Positions 11,101-21,718 of a stretch of DNA of 64,000 nucleotides are shown here, piece after piece. This DNA is from Nitrosopumilus sp. Lineage in GTDB: Archaea > Thermoproteota > Nitrososphaeria > Nitrososphaerales > Nitrosopumilaceae. The stretch is from positions 6,698-70,697 of the forward strand of contig JAJCXK010000081.1 of the NCBI GenBank assembly GCA_029263475.1, in the 5' to 3' direction. Within the stretch, counting starts at the first letter, position 1. Each line of letters begins with the position of its first letter. The notes below the pieces were generated by a model. The model was not told where the DNA came from. It searched no databases and saw nothing but the letters and a program-made list of their open reading frames with translations. Position numbers and translations under genes: made by a program.

Positions 11101-11419
11101 TGCAGAATTTTTTGAGGAAAAGATTGGAGAGGTTGAAATTGTTCATAAAATTTCAGAACCTCAAAGAAAACCAAACATCTCAGATCTTTTGTACGAAAGA
11201 AAGATTGACTTTATCATAAACATTCCAAGCACGTCCACGCTGGAAAAATATGTTGGAATGCTTGATGATGAATTCCAAATCAGACGTAAGTCTCTTGAAT
11301 TGGGAGTTCCAGTGCTTACTACCATTGAGCTTGCAGATTCGTTTGTAAAAACATTGGAATGGCGTAGAGATAACAAGACTACCAAAGAACCAATTGAACC
11401 CTATGACACATATGACTAG
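8155..11419 (+). CDS. carB: Carbamoyl-phosphate synthase large subunit, split gene: join(8155..8229,8252..11419), 1080 aa if spliced
   Basis: CTG start after GGAGGGAGG gives MPKNESLKKILVLGSGAIKIGEAGE; a second frame resumes FDYSGSQCLKA...LINPNIATIQTD and runs into the 8366 ORF. Confidence 0.92.
8230..8251 (+). other. Putative 22-nt BHB-type mRNA intron in carB
   Basis: Insert AGTCGCTAAAAACGACCGCTAA contains an in-frame TAA and shifts frame. GGCG/CGCT central helix, AGA bulge and GTCG/CGAC inner helix. Confidence 0.75.
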
Positions 11420-11681
11420 TTAGAGAAAATTCCAAACCTTTTGAAATCCCTTTGAAAAAAACTACATGGTACATGATCAATTTTCAGCATTGCCAATTTT
11501 TCATCATCATCGCGTATTTTACTTTCTTTGTTTGAAAGTGATGATGAGAAAAGCTTTGGAAAAATACGCATTCAAAAATTATGAAAATGACTTCTCCGAT
11601 TCATTGGTGAAATCTACTATGCTAAAAATAGCTAATATGAAATGCGTTTAATCAAATGACTTGATCAATGTTTGATTCGTT

Positions 11682-12419
11682 TCAGATGATCGTTCCATCC
11701 AATGTGATGATTTTAGCTTTGGATATGGTTTTGATTCTGTTGATTATTGGGGATATTGACTTCCTGTACTGTCTTCTGTGGGTTGCGTAAAAGTACCTGT
11801 TAAACGAAGGTATGATCGTTATCTCTATTTCGCCTGTTTTGTTTAGAAATATGTTCTCCTTTTCTGTTTTAATTGAGACCCATACCCTCTGACTGTTGAT
11901 TATGGAACCTTCCTGAAAAAATACAGGATGAAGATGACCCATGACAATCTTATCAACATGTGAAAAGTTCTCTGATGGCATCACATGTCCGTGCGTAAAC
12001 AAAATGTTTTCCTCTACCATTCCTGTAGATCTGATCATTGAGATGTTTTCAGGTACAATCTTCTGAATATTTGCATCATGGTTTCCTGGGATCAGTATGA
12101 CATCACATCTTTCTCTAATCCTTTTAAAAAATAGTGGAACCTCGTCCCACTCGCTTCTTGTGATGTTTTTAATGCTTGATTTGACGTCTCCCAGCAGTAT
12201 TACTGAATCGGGTTTTTCAACATCTATTATCTCTGTAATCTCCTGGATTGATTCATTTGTCGATGAGTTTTTGCCTATGAAAATTTCATTTGACGCCATG
12301 CTATTTTCAAATCCTATGTGAATATCTGCAATCACTAAACTCTTTTTTTTGCCTTCCAAAACAAAGACCGGTTTTGTCGGAATTATTCTTGTCTGCGGCA
12401 TCAAGGTTATACTATGCAT
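11682..12419 (-). CDS. Metallophosphoesterase (calcineurin-like)
   Basis: DIHIG, LGD, GNHD, HGH, GHLHP motifs. Confidence 0.9.
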   Translation of the reverse strand: MHSITLMPQTRIIPTKPVFVLEGKKKSLVIADIHIGFENSMASNEIFIGKNSSTNESIQEITEIIDVEKPDSVILLGDVKSSIKNITRSEWDEVPLFFKRIRERCDVILIPGNHDANIQKIVPENISMIRSTGMVEENILFTHGHVMPSENFSHVDKIVMGHLHPVFFQEGSIINSQRVWVSIKTEKENIFLNKTGEIEITIIPSFNRYFYATHRRQYRKSISPIINRIKTISKAKIITLDGTII

Positions 12420-12435
12420 ATGTGATTAAACCCTT

Positions 12436-12738
12436 GTGAACAAAGGCTTAGGTCGCATTCAAACCATGGTTTCTGAGAAACGCGTGAAGCTGCATGTGTT
12501 TGAGCCCTCTCAAAGAAAAATCTGGACAGTGGTGGGAAAGAATAATGAGCATTGGGTTGACCCTGACAGCGTCTACTGCTCCTGTCCTGGATTTTATTTT
12601 GGAAAACTAAACGGGAAAACCATTTGCTATCATTTAGAGTCTGCACATCTTGCGATAAAAGAAAATAAGGTTGAGAGAATTGTTTTCTCTGATGATGAGT
12701 TTTCTAATTTTCTTTTTGGAATAATTTCTGATTTGTGA
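12436..12738 (+). CDS. SWIM zinc-finger protein
   Basis: CSCP...CYH motif. Confidence 0.75.
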   Translation: MNKGLGRIQTMVSEKRVKLHVFEPSQRKIWTVVGKNNEHWVDPDSVYCSCPGFYFGKLNGKTICYHLESAHLAIKENKVERIVFSDDEFSNFLFGIISDL

Positions 12739-12786
12739 TTGTCAGTTATTCGAACATGTTAATAACTAGAAATTTCTTATAACATC

Positions 12787-13038
12787 ATGGATGATAACCA
12801 ACAAAATTTAGAAATAGAAAAAATTGCAAATTTGATGCTTCATGATGACATATCATTTGACGAACAAGATGTTGCGAAATTGGAAAAATACAAAAATCAA
12901 ATCAAGGATGACTGTGAACTTGATGATGATGGTGCAATGAAGTTGGTTTATGAAACGTTATTGTATAGAAAATTAAAAAATTCTGATTCAAGCGGTGTAA
13001 TAGAAAAAAGTACTGACTTTGGTGCTGGTTTCAGCTAG
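12787..13038 (+). CDS. Hypothetical protein
   Basis: 83-aa ATG ORF. Confidence 0.7.
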   Translation: MDDNQQNLEIEKIANLMLHDDISFDEQDVAKLEKYKNQIKDDCELDDDGAMKLVYETLLYRKLKNSDSSGVIEKSTDFGAGFS

Positions 13039-13039
13039 C

Positions 13040-13339
13040 TTATCCTAGTGGTGCTGTATCAATATCGTCTTTTGAAACGCCCTTCCATAGACCGATCATC
13101 CCTTCTGGTTCAACCTCTTCAACTTTGGTGATCTGCTGAATCTTTATGTGATCTGGGTTTGGGGGCATCCATAGCATTGCCATATAGTCTCCGACATTTC
13201 CAACTTTGGTTGGTAAGGCCATGGTGATCTTGTCAGCTGCGAATCCTTTTGCAGTCAATGCGTTTGTTGCTTTCTCTTTAAGATCCATTTTCCCGTGTAG
13301 GAACAAATAGATGTCTTTTTGAGTGTCAATTTCTGCCAT
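13040..13339 (-). CDS. Hypothetical protein
   Basis: 99-aa ATG ORF. Confidence 0.7.
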   Translation of the reverse strand: MAEIDTQKDIYLFLHGKMDLKEKATNALTAKGFAADKITMALPTKVGNVGDYMAMLWMPPNPDHIKIQQITKVEEVEPEGMIGLWKGVSKDDIDTAPLG

Positions 13340-13427
13340 GAACCTGCTTGTTTTTCAAACTAAATCAATCTTTCCTGATCTATTGTCTCCAAAAAGGGTT
13401 AAATTAGAATAAAAAAAATTATCAACT

Positions 13428-13721
13428 GTGAAAATCTATACCGTTGGGAGCAAAGCCTTTGTAACCAGCTTTCAACTAGCTGGAATTCCGGGAAAGATCT
13501 CCGAAGATCCACAAAAGGCTTTGAGTGAAATTAAGACATTAACTGATGATTCTGATGTTGGTCTGGTTTTGGTCAGTGATGACATTACAGAATCAATTAA
13601 CGACGAGCTAACTATACTCCGAGCTGAAAAATCAACCTTGGTATTCGCATTGCCTGCAACTGGCAGTGAAAAAAATGAAGTCGACTACCGAGTAATGCTG
13701 AAGAAAATTCTCGGCGTATAA
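13428..13721 (+). CDS. atpF: A/V-type ATP synthase subunit F
   Basis: KIYTVG...VTSFQLAGI, VGLVLVS; size and pattern of NtpF/AtpF. Confidence 0.88.
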   Translation: MKIYTVGSKAFVTSFQLAGIPGKISEDPQKALSEIKTLTDDSDVGLVLVSDDITESINDELTILRAEKSTLVFALPATGSEKNEVDYRVMLKKILGV

Positions 13722-13753
13722 TCTTCTTATAATCAAATTTTTAATGCTGTACC

Positions 13754-14782
13754 ATGAAAACCGCATCTGTCAAGGAACCATCTATAATTTCTGTTGATGA
13801 AACGGATAACCCTCGTCTGGGGTCTGGCGATATCTTGGTACAGATGCAAGCCTGCGGTATTTGTGGATCTGATTTAGAAAAGGTATTTGGAAATTACGGA
13901 CAACCATCAATGCGTCTAGGTCATGAACCATCTGGAATTATTATGGCTGTTGGGTCTGATGTGACTGAATTCAAAAATGGTGACAGGGTATTCACTCATC
14001 ATCACGTTCCTTGTTATGATTGCCATCTGTGTCGTCACGGAAACGAAACGATGTGCAAGAAATATTCTGAAACCAACCTGTCTCCGTGTGGTCTTTCAGA
14101 AGAATATGTGGTTCCTGAATGGAACGTCTCTAATGGAGGGGTTTTAAAAATTCCTGATACTATCAGCTATCAAGAAGCTGCAATGATTGAACCGTTGGCA
14201 TGCTGTGTCCGGTCTTGGACCAAGTACTCATACAGTGAAGGTGATTCTGCAGCTATCTTTGGCGTGGGGCCAACGGGAATGATGCATGTGATGCTTGCAC
14301 AGGCCAAGAAATTTTCAAAAATTTTCTGTTTTGATATCAATGAATTTCGATTGGATTTTGCAAAAAAATTTGACATTACTGAATCTATTCACTCTGCTGA
14401 TAAAAAAAGAAAACAAAAGATTCTTGATCAAACTGATGGCAGAGGTGTGGATGTCGCAATTGTTGCTACAAGTAGTCTCAAGGCACTGGAGGATGCAATA
14501 GACATGGTTCGAAAGGGAGGTGCTGTGATGATGTTTGGCGTCCCTTCAAAAGGTGCAATGTTGGAAATGGACATGAGTAAAATTTATTCCAAGGAAATTA
14601 CTTTAGTTACAAGCTATGCTGCTTCTGACAATGACACTAGAGAAGCACTTGACCTTTTGAAATCTTCAAAAATAGATGTCAAGCAGTTGATCACTCACAC
14701 CTATTCTATTTCTGATACTCAAAAGGCATTTGATCATGCACGAAGCGGTGAAAATGCAATGAAGATTATCATTACAAAATGA
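13754..14782 (+). CDS. Zinc-dependent (MDR family) alcohol/sugar dehydrogenase
   Basis: CGICGSD, GHE, structural Cys cluster, EPLAC, GVGPTG. Confidence 0.92.
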   Translation: MKTASVKEPSIISVDETDNPRLGSGDILVQMQACGICGSDLEKVFGNYGQPSMRLGHEPSGIIMAVGSDVTEFKNGDRVFTHHHVPCYDCHLCRHGNETMCKKYSETNLSPCGLSEEYVVPEWNVSNGGVLKIPDTISYQEAAMIEPLACCVRSWTKYSYSEGDSAAIFGVGPTGMMHVMLAQAKKFSKIFCFDINEFRLDFAKKFDITESIHSADKKRKQKILDQTDGRGVDVAIVATSSLKALEDAIDMVRKGGAVMMFGVPSKGAMLEMDMSKIYSKEITLVTSYAASDNDTREALDLLKSSKIDVKQLITHTYSISDTQKAFDHARSGENAMKIIITK

Positions 14783-14827
14783 GAAAGGCTTAAGAAGGGA
14801 TTTTCATTGCTTCAAAATTGAAGAGAT

Positions 14828-15781
14828 ATGGATTGGGGATTACAAAATAGAATTTCTCGAATAATCAAACCTCACAATAATCGTGCATTAATGTTGGCAG
14901 TAGATCACGGGTATTTTCTAGGTCCGACTGAAAAATTAGAAAATCCAAAAAAAGTCATTGCTCCAATTTTGAAATATTGTGACTCTTTGATGGTTACAAG
15001 AGGAGTTCAAAGAACATCTGTTTCTGCAGCGTCTGACACTCCTATGGTGCTTCGTGTATCTGGGGGTTCAAGTATAATTGGCGATGACTTGTCCCAAGAA
15101 GACATCACTGTCTCCATAGAGGAGGCAATCCGTCTAAATGCCAGTGCTGTTGCAATGTCCATTTTTGTCGGTTCGAAATATGAATATCAAACTATAGTAA
15201 ATTTAGGCAAATTGGTTAACCAGGCTGAAAAATATGGCATTCCTGTTTTGGCAGTCACTGCAGTTGGCAAGGAATTGGGAAAGGATGCAAGGTATCTTTC
15301 TTTGGCATGCAGAGTTGCAGCTGAGCAAGGTGCACACATTGTAAAAACATACTATTGTGATAATTTCGAAAAGGTTGTCCAATCATGTCCTGTCCCAATT
15401 ATAGTTGCAGGGGGAAAGAAAATTCCTGAACGTGATGCATTACAGTTAACGTATAATTCAATCAAAGCCGGTGCTGTCGGTGTTGACATGGGCAGAAATA
15501 TCTGGCAATCTGAACATCCCGTTGCAATGATTCAGGCTGCAAGGTCGATAATTCACAACAATGCAAGCGTTGATCAGGCCTATGCTCTTTACAAAAAATT
15601 ATCTGGAAAAGATTCAAACAAATCTAAGAAAAATCCTAATCAAAAGAAATCAAACAAACCAAACAATCCTAATCAAAAGAAATCAAACAAACCAAACAAT
15701 CCTAATCAAAAGAAATCAAACAAACCAAACAATCCTAATCAAAAGAAATCAAACAAACCACAGGATACTCCTAAGAAATAA
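14828..15781 (+). CDS. lsrF: LsrF/DhnA class I aldolase/thiolase with a C-terminal repeat tail
   Basis: MDWGLQNRISRI, LAVDHGYFLGPT, VKTYY, AGGKK, GVDMGRNIWQ. Confidence 0.88.
   Translation: MDWGLQNRISRIIKPHNNRALMLAVDHGYFLGPTEKLENPKKVIAPILKYCDSLMVTRGVQRTSVSAASDTPMVLRVSGGSSIIGDDLSQEDITVSIEEAIRLNASAVAMSIFVGSKYEYQTIVNLGKLVNQAEKYGIPVLAVTAVGKELGKDARYLSLACRVAAEQGAHIVKTYYCDNFEKVVQSCPVPIIVAGGKKIPERDALQLTYNSIKAGAVGVDMGRNIWQSEHPVAMIQAARSIIHNNASVDQAYALYKKLSGKDSNKSKKNPNQKKSNKPNNPNQKKSNKPNNPNQKKSNKPNNPNQKKSNKPQDTPKK
15632..15760 (+). repeat. 33-nt perfect tandem repeat x3.9 (NPNQKKSNKPN)
   Basis: AATCCTAATCAAAAGAAATCAAACAAACCAAAC at 15632, 15665, 15698 and 15731 (partial). Confidence 0.95.
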
Positions 15782-15783
15782 AA

Positions 15784-16197
15784 TCACGTATCAACTTTTG
15801 ACATGTGAATGTGTACGATTTTCCATGTCTGCTGTTTAACAAGCACAAATGTTGCCCTTCCAGTAATCACCATGTGTTCTCCTGTGTATGCTTTGTTGTC
15901 TACGAGCATTCCCTTTTGAATTAATTCTAGGGCTACGACTGCTGTATTTTCAAACAAACTGATCTTTGGATTTCTTATTTCATAGGAATAGTCTGAGATG
16001 CTGATGAATCGTAATTCCTCAAGCTCTATGGTAGTTTGATAGTCCTTAAGATCATATGGTGGCAAATCACTAAAACTGGAAAACTTTGAATCATTGAGAT
16101 GAATGTCCCTAAGCTTTGATAGATCTTTTGTCACTCCTGACTGAAACAGCGTTTCTATAACTTTGATGATCTCTTCATTATCGTTCAAAATGACCAA
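15784..16197 (-). CDS. NTF2/SnoaL-like (DUF4440) protein
   Basis: GRATFVL...WKIVHIHMS C-terminus. Confidence 0.85.
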   Translation of the reverse strand: MVILNDNEEIIKVIETLFQSGVTKDLSKLRDIHLNDSKFSSFSDLPPYDLKDYQTTIELEELRFISISDYSYEIRNPKISLFENTAVVALELIQKGMLVDNKAYTGEHMVITGRATFVLVKQQTWKIVHIHMSKVDT

Positions 16198-16409
16198 TTC
16201 AAAATATCAAAATTATCAGTTTAAGTCTTCTGTATCCTTATCGTGCAAGTCACTGGTTACCTCTTAGATAATCTTTATTAGTTGGCAATTGATATTTTGC
16301 TTGATTTAGATGGATACAAGATTTTATGGAACGTTTGGCAAAGATTTAGCTGTCGTTTTTCTACTTTAACGTGTCCAAAACTTACATGATTAAAATTATG
16401 GGATGAGAT

Positions 16410-18110
16410 TTGATGAATAAAATGGAAACTATGACAGGTGCAAAGGCCTTGATGACGGCTATGGAAAAAGAAGGCGTCAAACAAGTATTTGGGTTACCTG
16501 GAGGTGCAAATCTCCCGATGTATGATGAATTTGCCCGTTGCGATATCAGACATATCTTGGCACGACACGAGCAGTCAGCTGCACATATGGCTGATGGATT
16601 TGGAAGGGTGAGCAGAAAACCCGGTGTTTGCTTTGCAACTTCTGGTCCTGGGGCAACAAACATTTTGACTGGAATTGCAACTGCGCAAGCTGATTCTGCA
16701 CCTATGATTGCGGTGACAGGACAGGTGCCTGTCAACATGATCGGTAAAGACGCATTTCAAGAAAGTGACATTATAGGAATGGCAAACCCTGTTGTGAAAT
16801 ATGCGTTTCAACCACGTTCTGCTGCTGAGATTCCAGAAGTTGTAAAGAAAGGATTTTTCATTGCAGAAAGCGGAAGACCTGGCCCTGTACTCATTGACAT
16901 TCCTAAGGACGTTCAAACTGGTGAGGCGCAAATGGATTTTCCAGATGAGTTTAAAATTCAAGGGTATCATCCTTGGGCTGATCCTGATGTTGTTAATGTT
17001 GAAAGAGCAATTGACATGTTGCTTCATGCTGAAAAACCAATAATCCTAGCTGGTGGCGGTGCCATCATCTCATCGGCATTTGCTGAATTACAAGCAGTTG
17101 CTGAAACTCTTATGCTTCCTGTGGTTTCAACTTTCAAGGGAAAGGGTGCATTTCCTGAAAATCATCCTTTGTCTTTGGGTCCAATTGGAATGCATGGGCA
17201 TGCAGAAGCTAATAAAATGATGGCAGAAGCTGATTGCGTTTTGGCAATTGGAACCAGGTTTTCTGACAGATCTGTCGGAACATTCGAGGCTTTTGAAAAA
17301 CAATTAAAAATTATTCACATGGATGTTGATCCTGCAGAAATTGGAAAGAATCAGAATGCTCAGATTGCAGTTGTCGGTGACGTCAAGGTAAATCTTAGAG
17401 TGATGGTAAAGTTGCTTTTACAAAAGGCAATCAAAAAGACTGATGAAACTCCTTGGCTAAAGCATGCCAAGGAAACGAAGGCCTACTGGAAGGAGAACTT
17501 GAAGATTCATCCTGGCGAGATGGGTGCAGCTAAAATTTTACGTAAACTTCGAGAATTATTACCAAAGGAATCCATTGTCACTACTGAGGTTGGGCAACAT
17601 CAAATGTGGGCATCATTGTTTTATGATGTAATTCAACCTGGTACTTTCTTTAGTTCGACCGGACTCGGTACAATGGGTTGGGGCTTCCCCGCAGCTATAG
17701 GTGCCAAGGTTGCAAAACCTGATGTCCCTGTCGTAGATATTGCAGGTGATGGAAGCTTTAGCATGACTGAAAATTCTCTTGCAACAGCTGTTTTGGAGGA
17801 TATTCCGGTAATCGTGTTTATACTAAACAATTCAATATTGGGGATGGTAGCTCAATGGCAAAGAACCTTCTATGACCGAAGAATGATTGGCGTAGAGCAA
17901 CACAGCTGTCCTGATTATGTTAAACTAGCAGAGTCTTATGGTGCGCAAGGAATTCGCGCTCAGTCAATGGACGAGCTTGACAAGGCAATCAAGAATGCAT
18001 TGAGCAGCGACGTTGCAACAGTCATTGACATCCCTATTGATCCTGAGGAAGACGTATTGCCATTTGTAGCTCCTGGAACTTCGCTATCGGATATGGTATT
18101 ACCATCTTAG
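16410..18110 (+). CDS. ilvB: Acetolactate synthase large subunit
   Basis: RHEQ, TSGPGATN, GQHQMW, GDGSF..N TPP motif. Confidence 0.96.
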   Translation: MMNKMETMTGAKALMTAMEKEGVKQVFGLPGGANLPMYDEFARCDIRHILARHEQSAAHMADGFGRVSRKPGVCFATSGPGATNILTGIATAQADSAPMIAVTGQVPVNMIGKDAFQESDIIGMANPVVKYAFQPRSAAEIPEVVKKGFFIAESGRPGPVLIDIPKDVQTGEAQMDFPDEFKIQGYHPWADPDVVNVERAIDMLLHAEKPIILAGGGAIISSAFAELQAVAETLMLPVVSTFKGKGAFPENHPLSLGPIGMHGHAEANKMMAEADCVLAIGTRFSDRSVGTFEAFEKQLKIIHMDVDPAEIGKNQNAQIAVVGDVKVNLRVMVKLLLQKAIKKTDETPWLKHAKETKAYWKENLKIHPGEMGAAKILRKLRELLPKESIVTTEVGQHQMWASLFYDVIQPGTFFSSTGLGTMGWGFPAAIGAKVAKPDVPVVDIAGDGSFSMTENSLATAVLEDIPVIVFILNNSILGMVAQWQRTFYDRRMIGVEQHSCPDYVKLAESYGAQGIRAQSMDELDKAIKNALSSDVATVIDIPIDPEEDVLPFVAPGTSLSDMVLPS

Positions 18111-18120
18111 GTGATTTGTA

Positions 18121-18603
18121 ATGTGGGCTATTCTTTCCATCCTAGTTGAAAACAAACCTGGAATTCTATTCAAGGTCACTCATTTGTTTAGGGCGAGAAA
18201 TTTCAACATTGATAGCATTTCTGTAGGAATTACTCAAGATCCTGACAATTCTAAAATGACCATTACAACATATGGTGATGAAAAACAAATTGATCAGGTG
18301 GTAAAGCAACTCGACAAAATGATTGACACCGTAAAGGTTGAGCGTTTGGATGAACAAAAGACGGTATTTCGTGAACTTTGCCTCTTTAAGATAAAACTGA
18401 GCAATGCCAATGATAGCATGGAAGTCAACAAGTTGGCCAACGCGTATGGCGGCAAAGTTCATGATGTCAAATCCGATTCCTTGATGGTGGAGCTGTCCGC
18501 AACCCCTGAACAGATAAAGGCATTTGAGGAATTGGCAAAACAGTTTGGAATACTTGACGTTGCAAGAACCGGTGTTGCCGCCTTGCAAAGGAGCGGAGCA
18601 TGA
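18121..18603 (+). CDS. ilvN: Acetolactate synthase small subunit
   Basis: LVENKPGIL..V..LF.AR.FNIDS ACT domain; ARTG. Confidence 0.95.
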   Translation: MWAILSILVENKPGILFKVTHLFRARNFNIDSISVGITQDPDNSKMTITTYGDEKQIDQVVKQLDKMIDTVKVERLDEQKTVFRELCLFKIKLSNANDSMEVNKLANAYGGKVHDVKSDSLMVELSATPEQIKAFEELAKQFGILDVARTGVAALQRSGA

Positions 18604-20105
18604 ATGTCCGAATATTTGATACTACTCTAAGGGATGGGGAGCAAACCGTTGGGGTTTCCCTATCTCCAGAACAGAAACTGTCCATCGCAAAAAAGCTTGA
18701 TGCATTAGGTGTAGATGCAATCGAAGCTGGTTTTCCAGTAATTTCTGAAGGTGAATTAAAAGCAGTAAAGATGATCACCGATGAGGGATTGTCTTGCGAG
18801 GTTGCGGGATTGACAAGAACCATCAAGAAAGATATTGATGCCGCTGTTGATGCAGGATTAAACTATATTCACACGTTTATCGCAACCTCTGATATTCACT
18901 TGGAACACAAGCTCCGAATGACTAGAGAGCAGGCACTTGAAAAGGCAATCGAGGCAGTAGAGTATGGAAAGTCTCGTGGATTGCAAGTTGAATTTTCAGC
19001 CGAAGATGCCACCCGTACCAATAGGGAATTTCTAAAAAAGGTATTTGGCGAGGTCGCAAAGGCAAAGGCGGACAGGGTAAACATCCCTGATACCGTTGGA
19101 TATTCCACTCCTGAATATATGGCAGAATTGACTCGTGATACAATTGAGGCGACAAAGCTTCCTGTTAGCGTTCACTGCCACAACGACTTTGGATTGGCTG
19201 TTGCAAACGCATTGGCAGGAATTCATGTCGGAGCTGCATGCGCACATGTCACAATCAACGGAATAGGGGAGCGTGCAGGAAACGCGTCTTTGGAGGAGCT
19301 TTCGATGGCATTGCAATGCTTGCCATACGAGCAAAAGTACGAAACTCACATCAAGTCGCAGCTAATCTATGACGCTTCGAGGTATGTCTCAAAAATAGTG
19401 GGAATCAAGGTTCAGCCAAACAAGGCAATAGTTGGAGACAATGCGTTTGGACACGAATCTGGAATTCACACTCACGGTGTATTGAGCAATCCTCTCACAT
19501 ACGAGCCCATTAGTCCAGAATTAGTGGGGAGGACGAGAAGTCTTCGCGTTGGAAAGCATGCTGGAATTCACGGAATGAATGCAATGCTTGGGGAGTTTGG
19601 AGTTACAACGACCAAAGAGCAATCACAACAGATTCTTGACAAGATCAAGGTGCTAGGTGATCAGGGAAAGCAAATTACGGATGTTGAATTACTGGCCATT
19701 GCAAGTAATGTTCTGGGAGAAAAAGGAATCAAAAGAATTGTTCAGCTTGCAGGATTTTCCGTATCTACTGGAATCGGAACTATACCTCATGCTATCGTAA
19801 AGCTAAACATTGACGGAAAGGAATTCATTGGAACTGATCATGGTGTTGGCCCTGTCGATGCGGCACTAAATGCAATTCAGAAGATTACCGGAAAAGTCTC
19901 AGAGCTCCGAATTACTGATTATGAGTTGGCATCAATTAGTGGCGGATCAACTGCACTCTGTGAGGTGACAGTTAGCATCGATGATACGGAGGGAAATCAC
20001 GTTTCATCCAAATCCGTAGGCAAGGACATTGTGACTACCAGCGTTAAGGCAGTCATTGACGGAACCAACAGAATTATGCTTAAAAAGACGCTCAAGGACA
20101 AGTAA
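18600..20105 (+). CDS. 2-isopropylmalate/citramalate synthase (LeuA/CimA family)
   Basis: DTTLRDGEQ, HCHND.GLA.AN, GERAGN, HESGIH. Confidence 0.93.
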   Translation: MNVRIFDTTLRDGEQTVGVSLSPEQKLSIAKKLDALGVDAIEAGFPVISEGELKAVKMITDEGLSCEVAGLTRTIKKDIDAAVDAGLNYIHTFIATSDIHLEHKLRMTREQALEKAIEAVEYGKSRGLQVEFSAEDATRTNREFLKKVFGEVAKAKADRVNIPDTVGYSTPEYMAELTRDTIEATKLPVSVHCHNDFGLAVANALAGIHVGAACAHVTINGIGERAGNASLEELSMALQCLPYEQKYETHIKSQLIYDASRYVSKIVGIKVQPNKAIVGDNAFGHESGIHTHGVLSNPLTYEPISPELVGRTRSLRVGKHAGIHGMNAMLGEFGVTTTKEQSQQILDKIKVLGDQGKQITDVELLAIASNVLGEKGIKRIVQLAGFSVSTGIGTIPHAIVKLNIDGKEFIGTDHGVGPVDAALNAIQKITGKVSELRITDYELASISGGSTALCEVTVSIDDTEGNHVSSKSVGKDIVTTSVKAVIDGTNRIMLKKTLKDK

Positions 20106-20150
20106 TTTCATATCAAAATCCTAAAATCTCCCTTTTGGAATCATGTTTTC

Positions 20151-21164
20151 ATGTACAAAATTTCTCTAATCACTGGTGATGGGATAGGTCCAGAACTATC
20201 AGAATCCGCAGTTTCTGTGCTGAACGCAATTCATGATAAATTGGATTTGAAATTTGATGTTGCAAAGTTGTCAGCAGGAGACAAGGCCCTGGCTGAAACC
20301 GGAAAGGCGCTTCCTGATGATACGGTTGATGCGATAAAGAATTCTGATGTATGTTTAAAGGCACCCGTTGGCGAGAGTGCAGCTGATGTCATCGTTGTGC
20401 TGAGACGTATGCTTGATCTCTATGCCAACATTCGACCTTCAAAATCGTATCCGCACATGCCAGCATTGCGTGACGACATTGACATGGTGATAGTCCGAGA
20501 GAATACTGAGGATCTTTACATTGGAAAGGAATTCAGCTTGGGTGATTCTGCAGTGGCACTAAGAATAATTTCAGAAGCTGCTTCCAAAAGGATTGCCAAA
20601 TATGCATTTGAATCTGCAACACAGCGTAACAATATGAAGAAAGTAACATGCGTTCACAAGTCAAATGTAATGAGGGTAACGGACGGACTGTTTGCCAAGG
20701 CATGCACTGAAGTTTCTTTGAACTATCCTGACATTGCATTTGAAGAGATGTACGTTGACGCATGTGCGATGAATCTGATTCGTCAACCACAAAAATTTGA
20801 TGTGGTGGTAACGACAAATCTGTTTGGTGATATTTTGTCTGATGAGTCTTCTCAGGTAGTTGGAGGATTGGGAATGGCACCAGCTGCAAACATTGGGGAT
20901 GACTTTGCTTTGTTTGAACCGGTACACGGAGCTGCGTTTGACATTGCAGGAAAAAACATTGCAAATCCGTCGTCGTTTTTACTGTCAATTAAGATGATGC
21001 ATGACTGGCTAGGAAACAAACACAATGATTCAAAATGTGTAGATGTTGGGAAAAAACTAGAATCCACGATATTTGACCTGGTAAAGTCAGGTATCAAAAC
21101 AAAGGATATTGGAGGTGACAAGAGTACTGCAGAGTTTACCAAACACATTACTGACAATCTCTAA
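20151..21164 (+). CDS. leuB: Isopropylmalate/isocitrate family dehydrogenase
   Basis: GDGIGPE, RENTE, HKSN, NLFGDILSD, EPVHG; in the ilv/leu cluster. Confidence 0.85.
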   Translation: MYKISLITGDGIGPELSESAVSVLNAIHDKLDLKFDVAKLSAGDKALAETGKALPDDTVDAIKNSDVCLKAPVGESAADVIVVLRRMLDLYANIRPSKSYPHMPALRDDIDMVIVRENTEDLYIGKEFSLGDSAVALRIISEAASKRIAKYAFESATQRNNMKKVTCVHKSNVMRVTDGLFAKACTEVSLNYPDIAFEEMYVDACAMNLIRQPQKFDVVVTTNLFGDILSDESSQVVGGLGMAPAANIGDDFALFEPVHGAAFDIAGKNIANPSSFLLSIKMMHDWLGNKHNDSKCVDVGKKLESTIFDLVKSGIKTKDIGGDKSTAEFTKHITDNL

Positions 21165-21280
21165 AAATGGGATTCCCTCTTTTGTGACTATGTTTGTGCT
21201 ATGTTTTGATAATGACTAGATCATAACGGATAATATGATTTGTTGGGAGTTTTCAAATAGATGTTTATTCTATAATCTCT

Positions 21281-21718
21281 GTGGACATAGTTAGATTAGA
21301 ACGAGGAAAATATGATAAGCCTGGTAAAAGAAAAATCGGTCTAATGATAGATGAATCTACACGGTTGATTAAAGAAGGCAAATTTACCAAAGCGCTATCG
21401 ATTTGTGAAGATGCATTGAAGATGGATCCTGACGATGTGGTTGTCATTGCTCAGAAAGGGGTGGCTTTTTGCAGGCTTCAGAAACTTGATGAGGCAATAA
21501 ATTGTTTTGATTTGGCATTACAAAAGGATCCAAAATTTGTACATGCGATATACAACAAAGCTGCCGTAATGATGTTGCAAAACGACATTGCAAGTACACT
21601 TGCTCTTCTTGAACAGTCGATAAACCTTGACTCGAGACTTTGCACTGTTGCAAAGAATGATGAAGATTTCTTCTATCTTAGAAGCAATCCTGATTTTATG
21701 ATGCTTGTTGGAACCTGA
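21281..21718 (+). CDS. TPR-repeat protein
   Basis: A...C..AL..DP and KG.A...L....EA..CFD.AL..DP repeats. Confidence 0.85.
   Translation: MDIVRLERGKYDKPGKRKIGLMIDESTRLIKEGKFTKALSICEDALKMDPDDVVVIAQKGVAFCRLQKLDEAINCFDLALQKDPKFVHAIYNKAAVMMLQNDIASTLALLEQSINLDSRLCTVAKNDEDFFYLRSNPDFMMLVGT

Noticed and set aside
8366-11419. ORF-track start of carB at 8366, or carB as a pseudogene
   Set aside because: The conserved N-terminus is encoded from 8155 and the rest of the gene is intact; the disruption fits an intron better
11466-11651. 61-aa ORF after carB
   Set aside because: No recognisable motif; AT-rich gap between convergent genes
15561-15839. Repeat region as a CRISPR array or separate ORF
   Set aside because: Units are contiguous with no spacers and lie in frame in lsrF; the 92-aa ORF is a shadow frame
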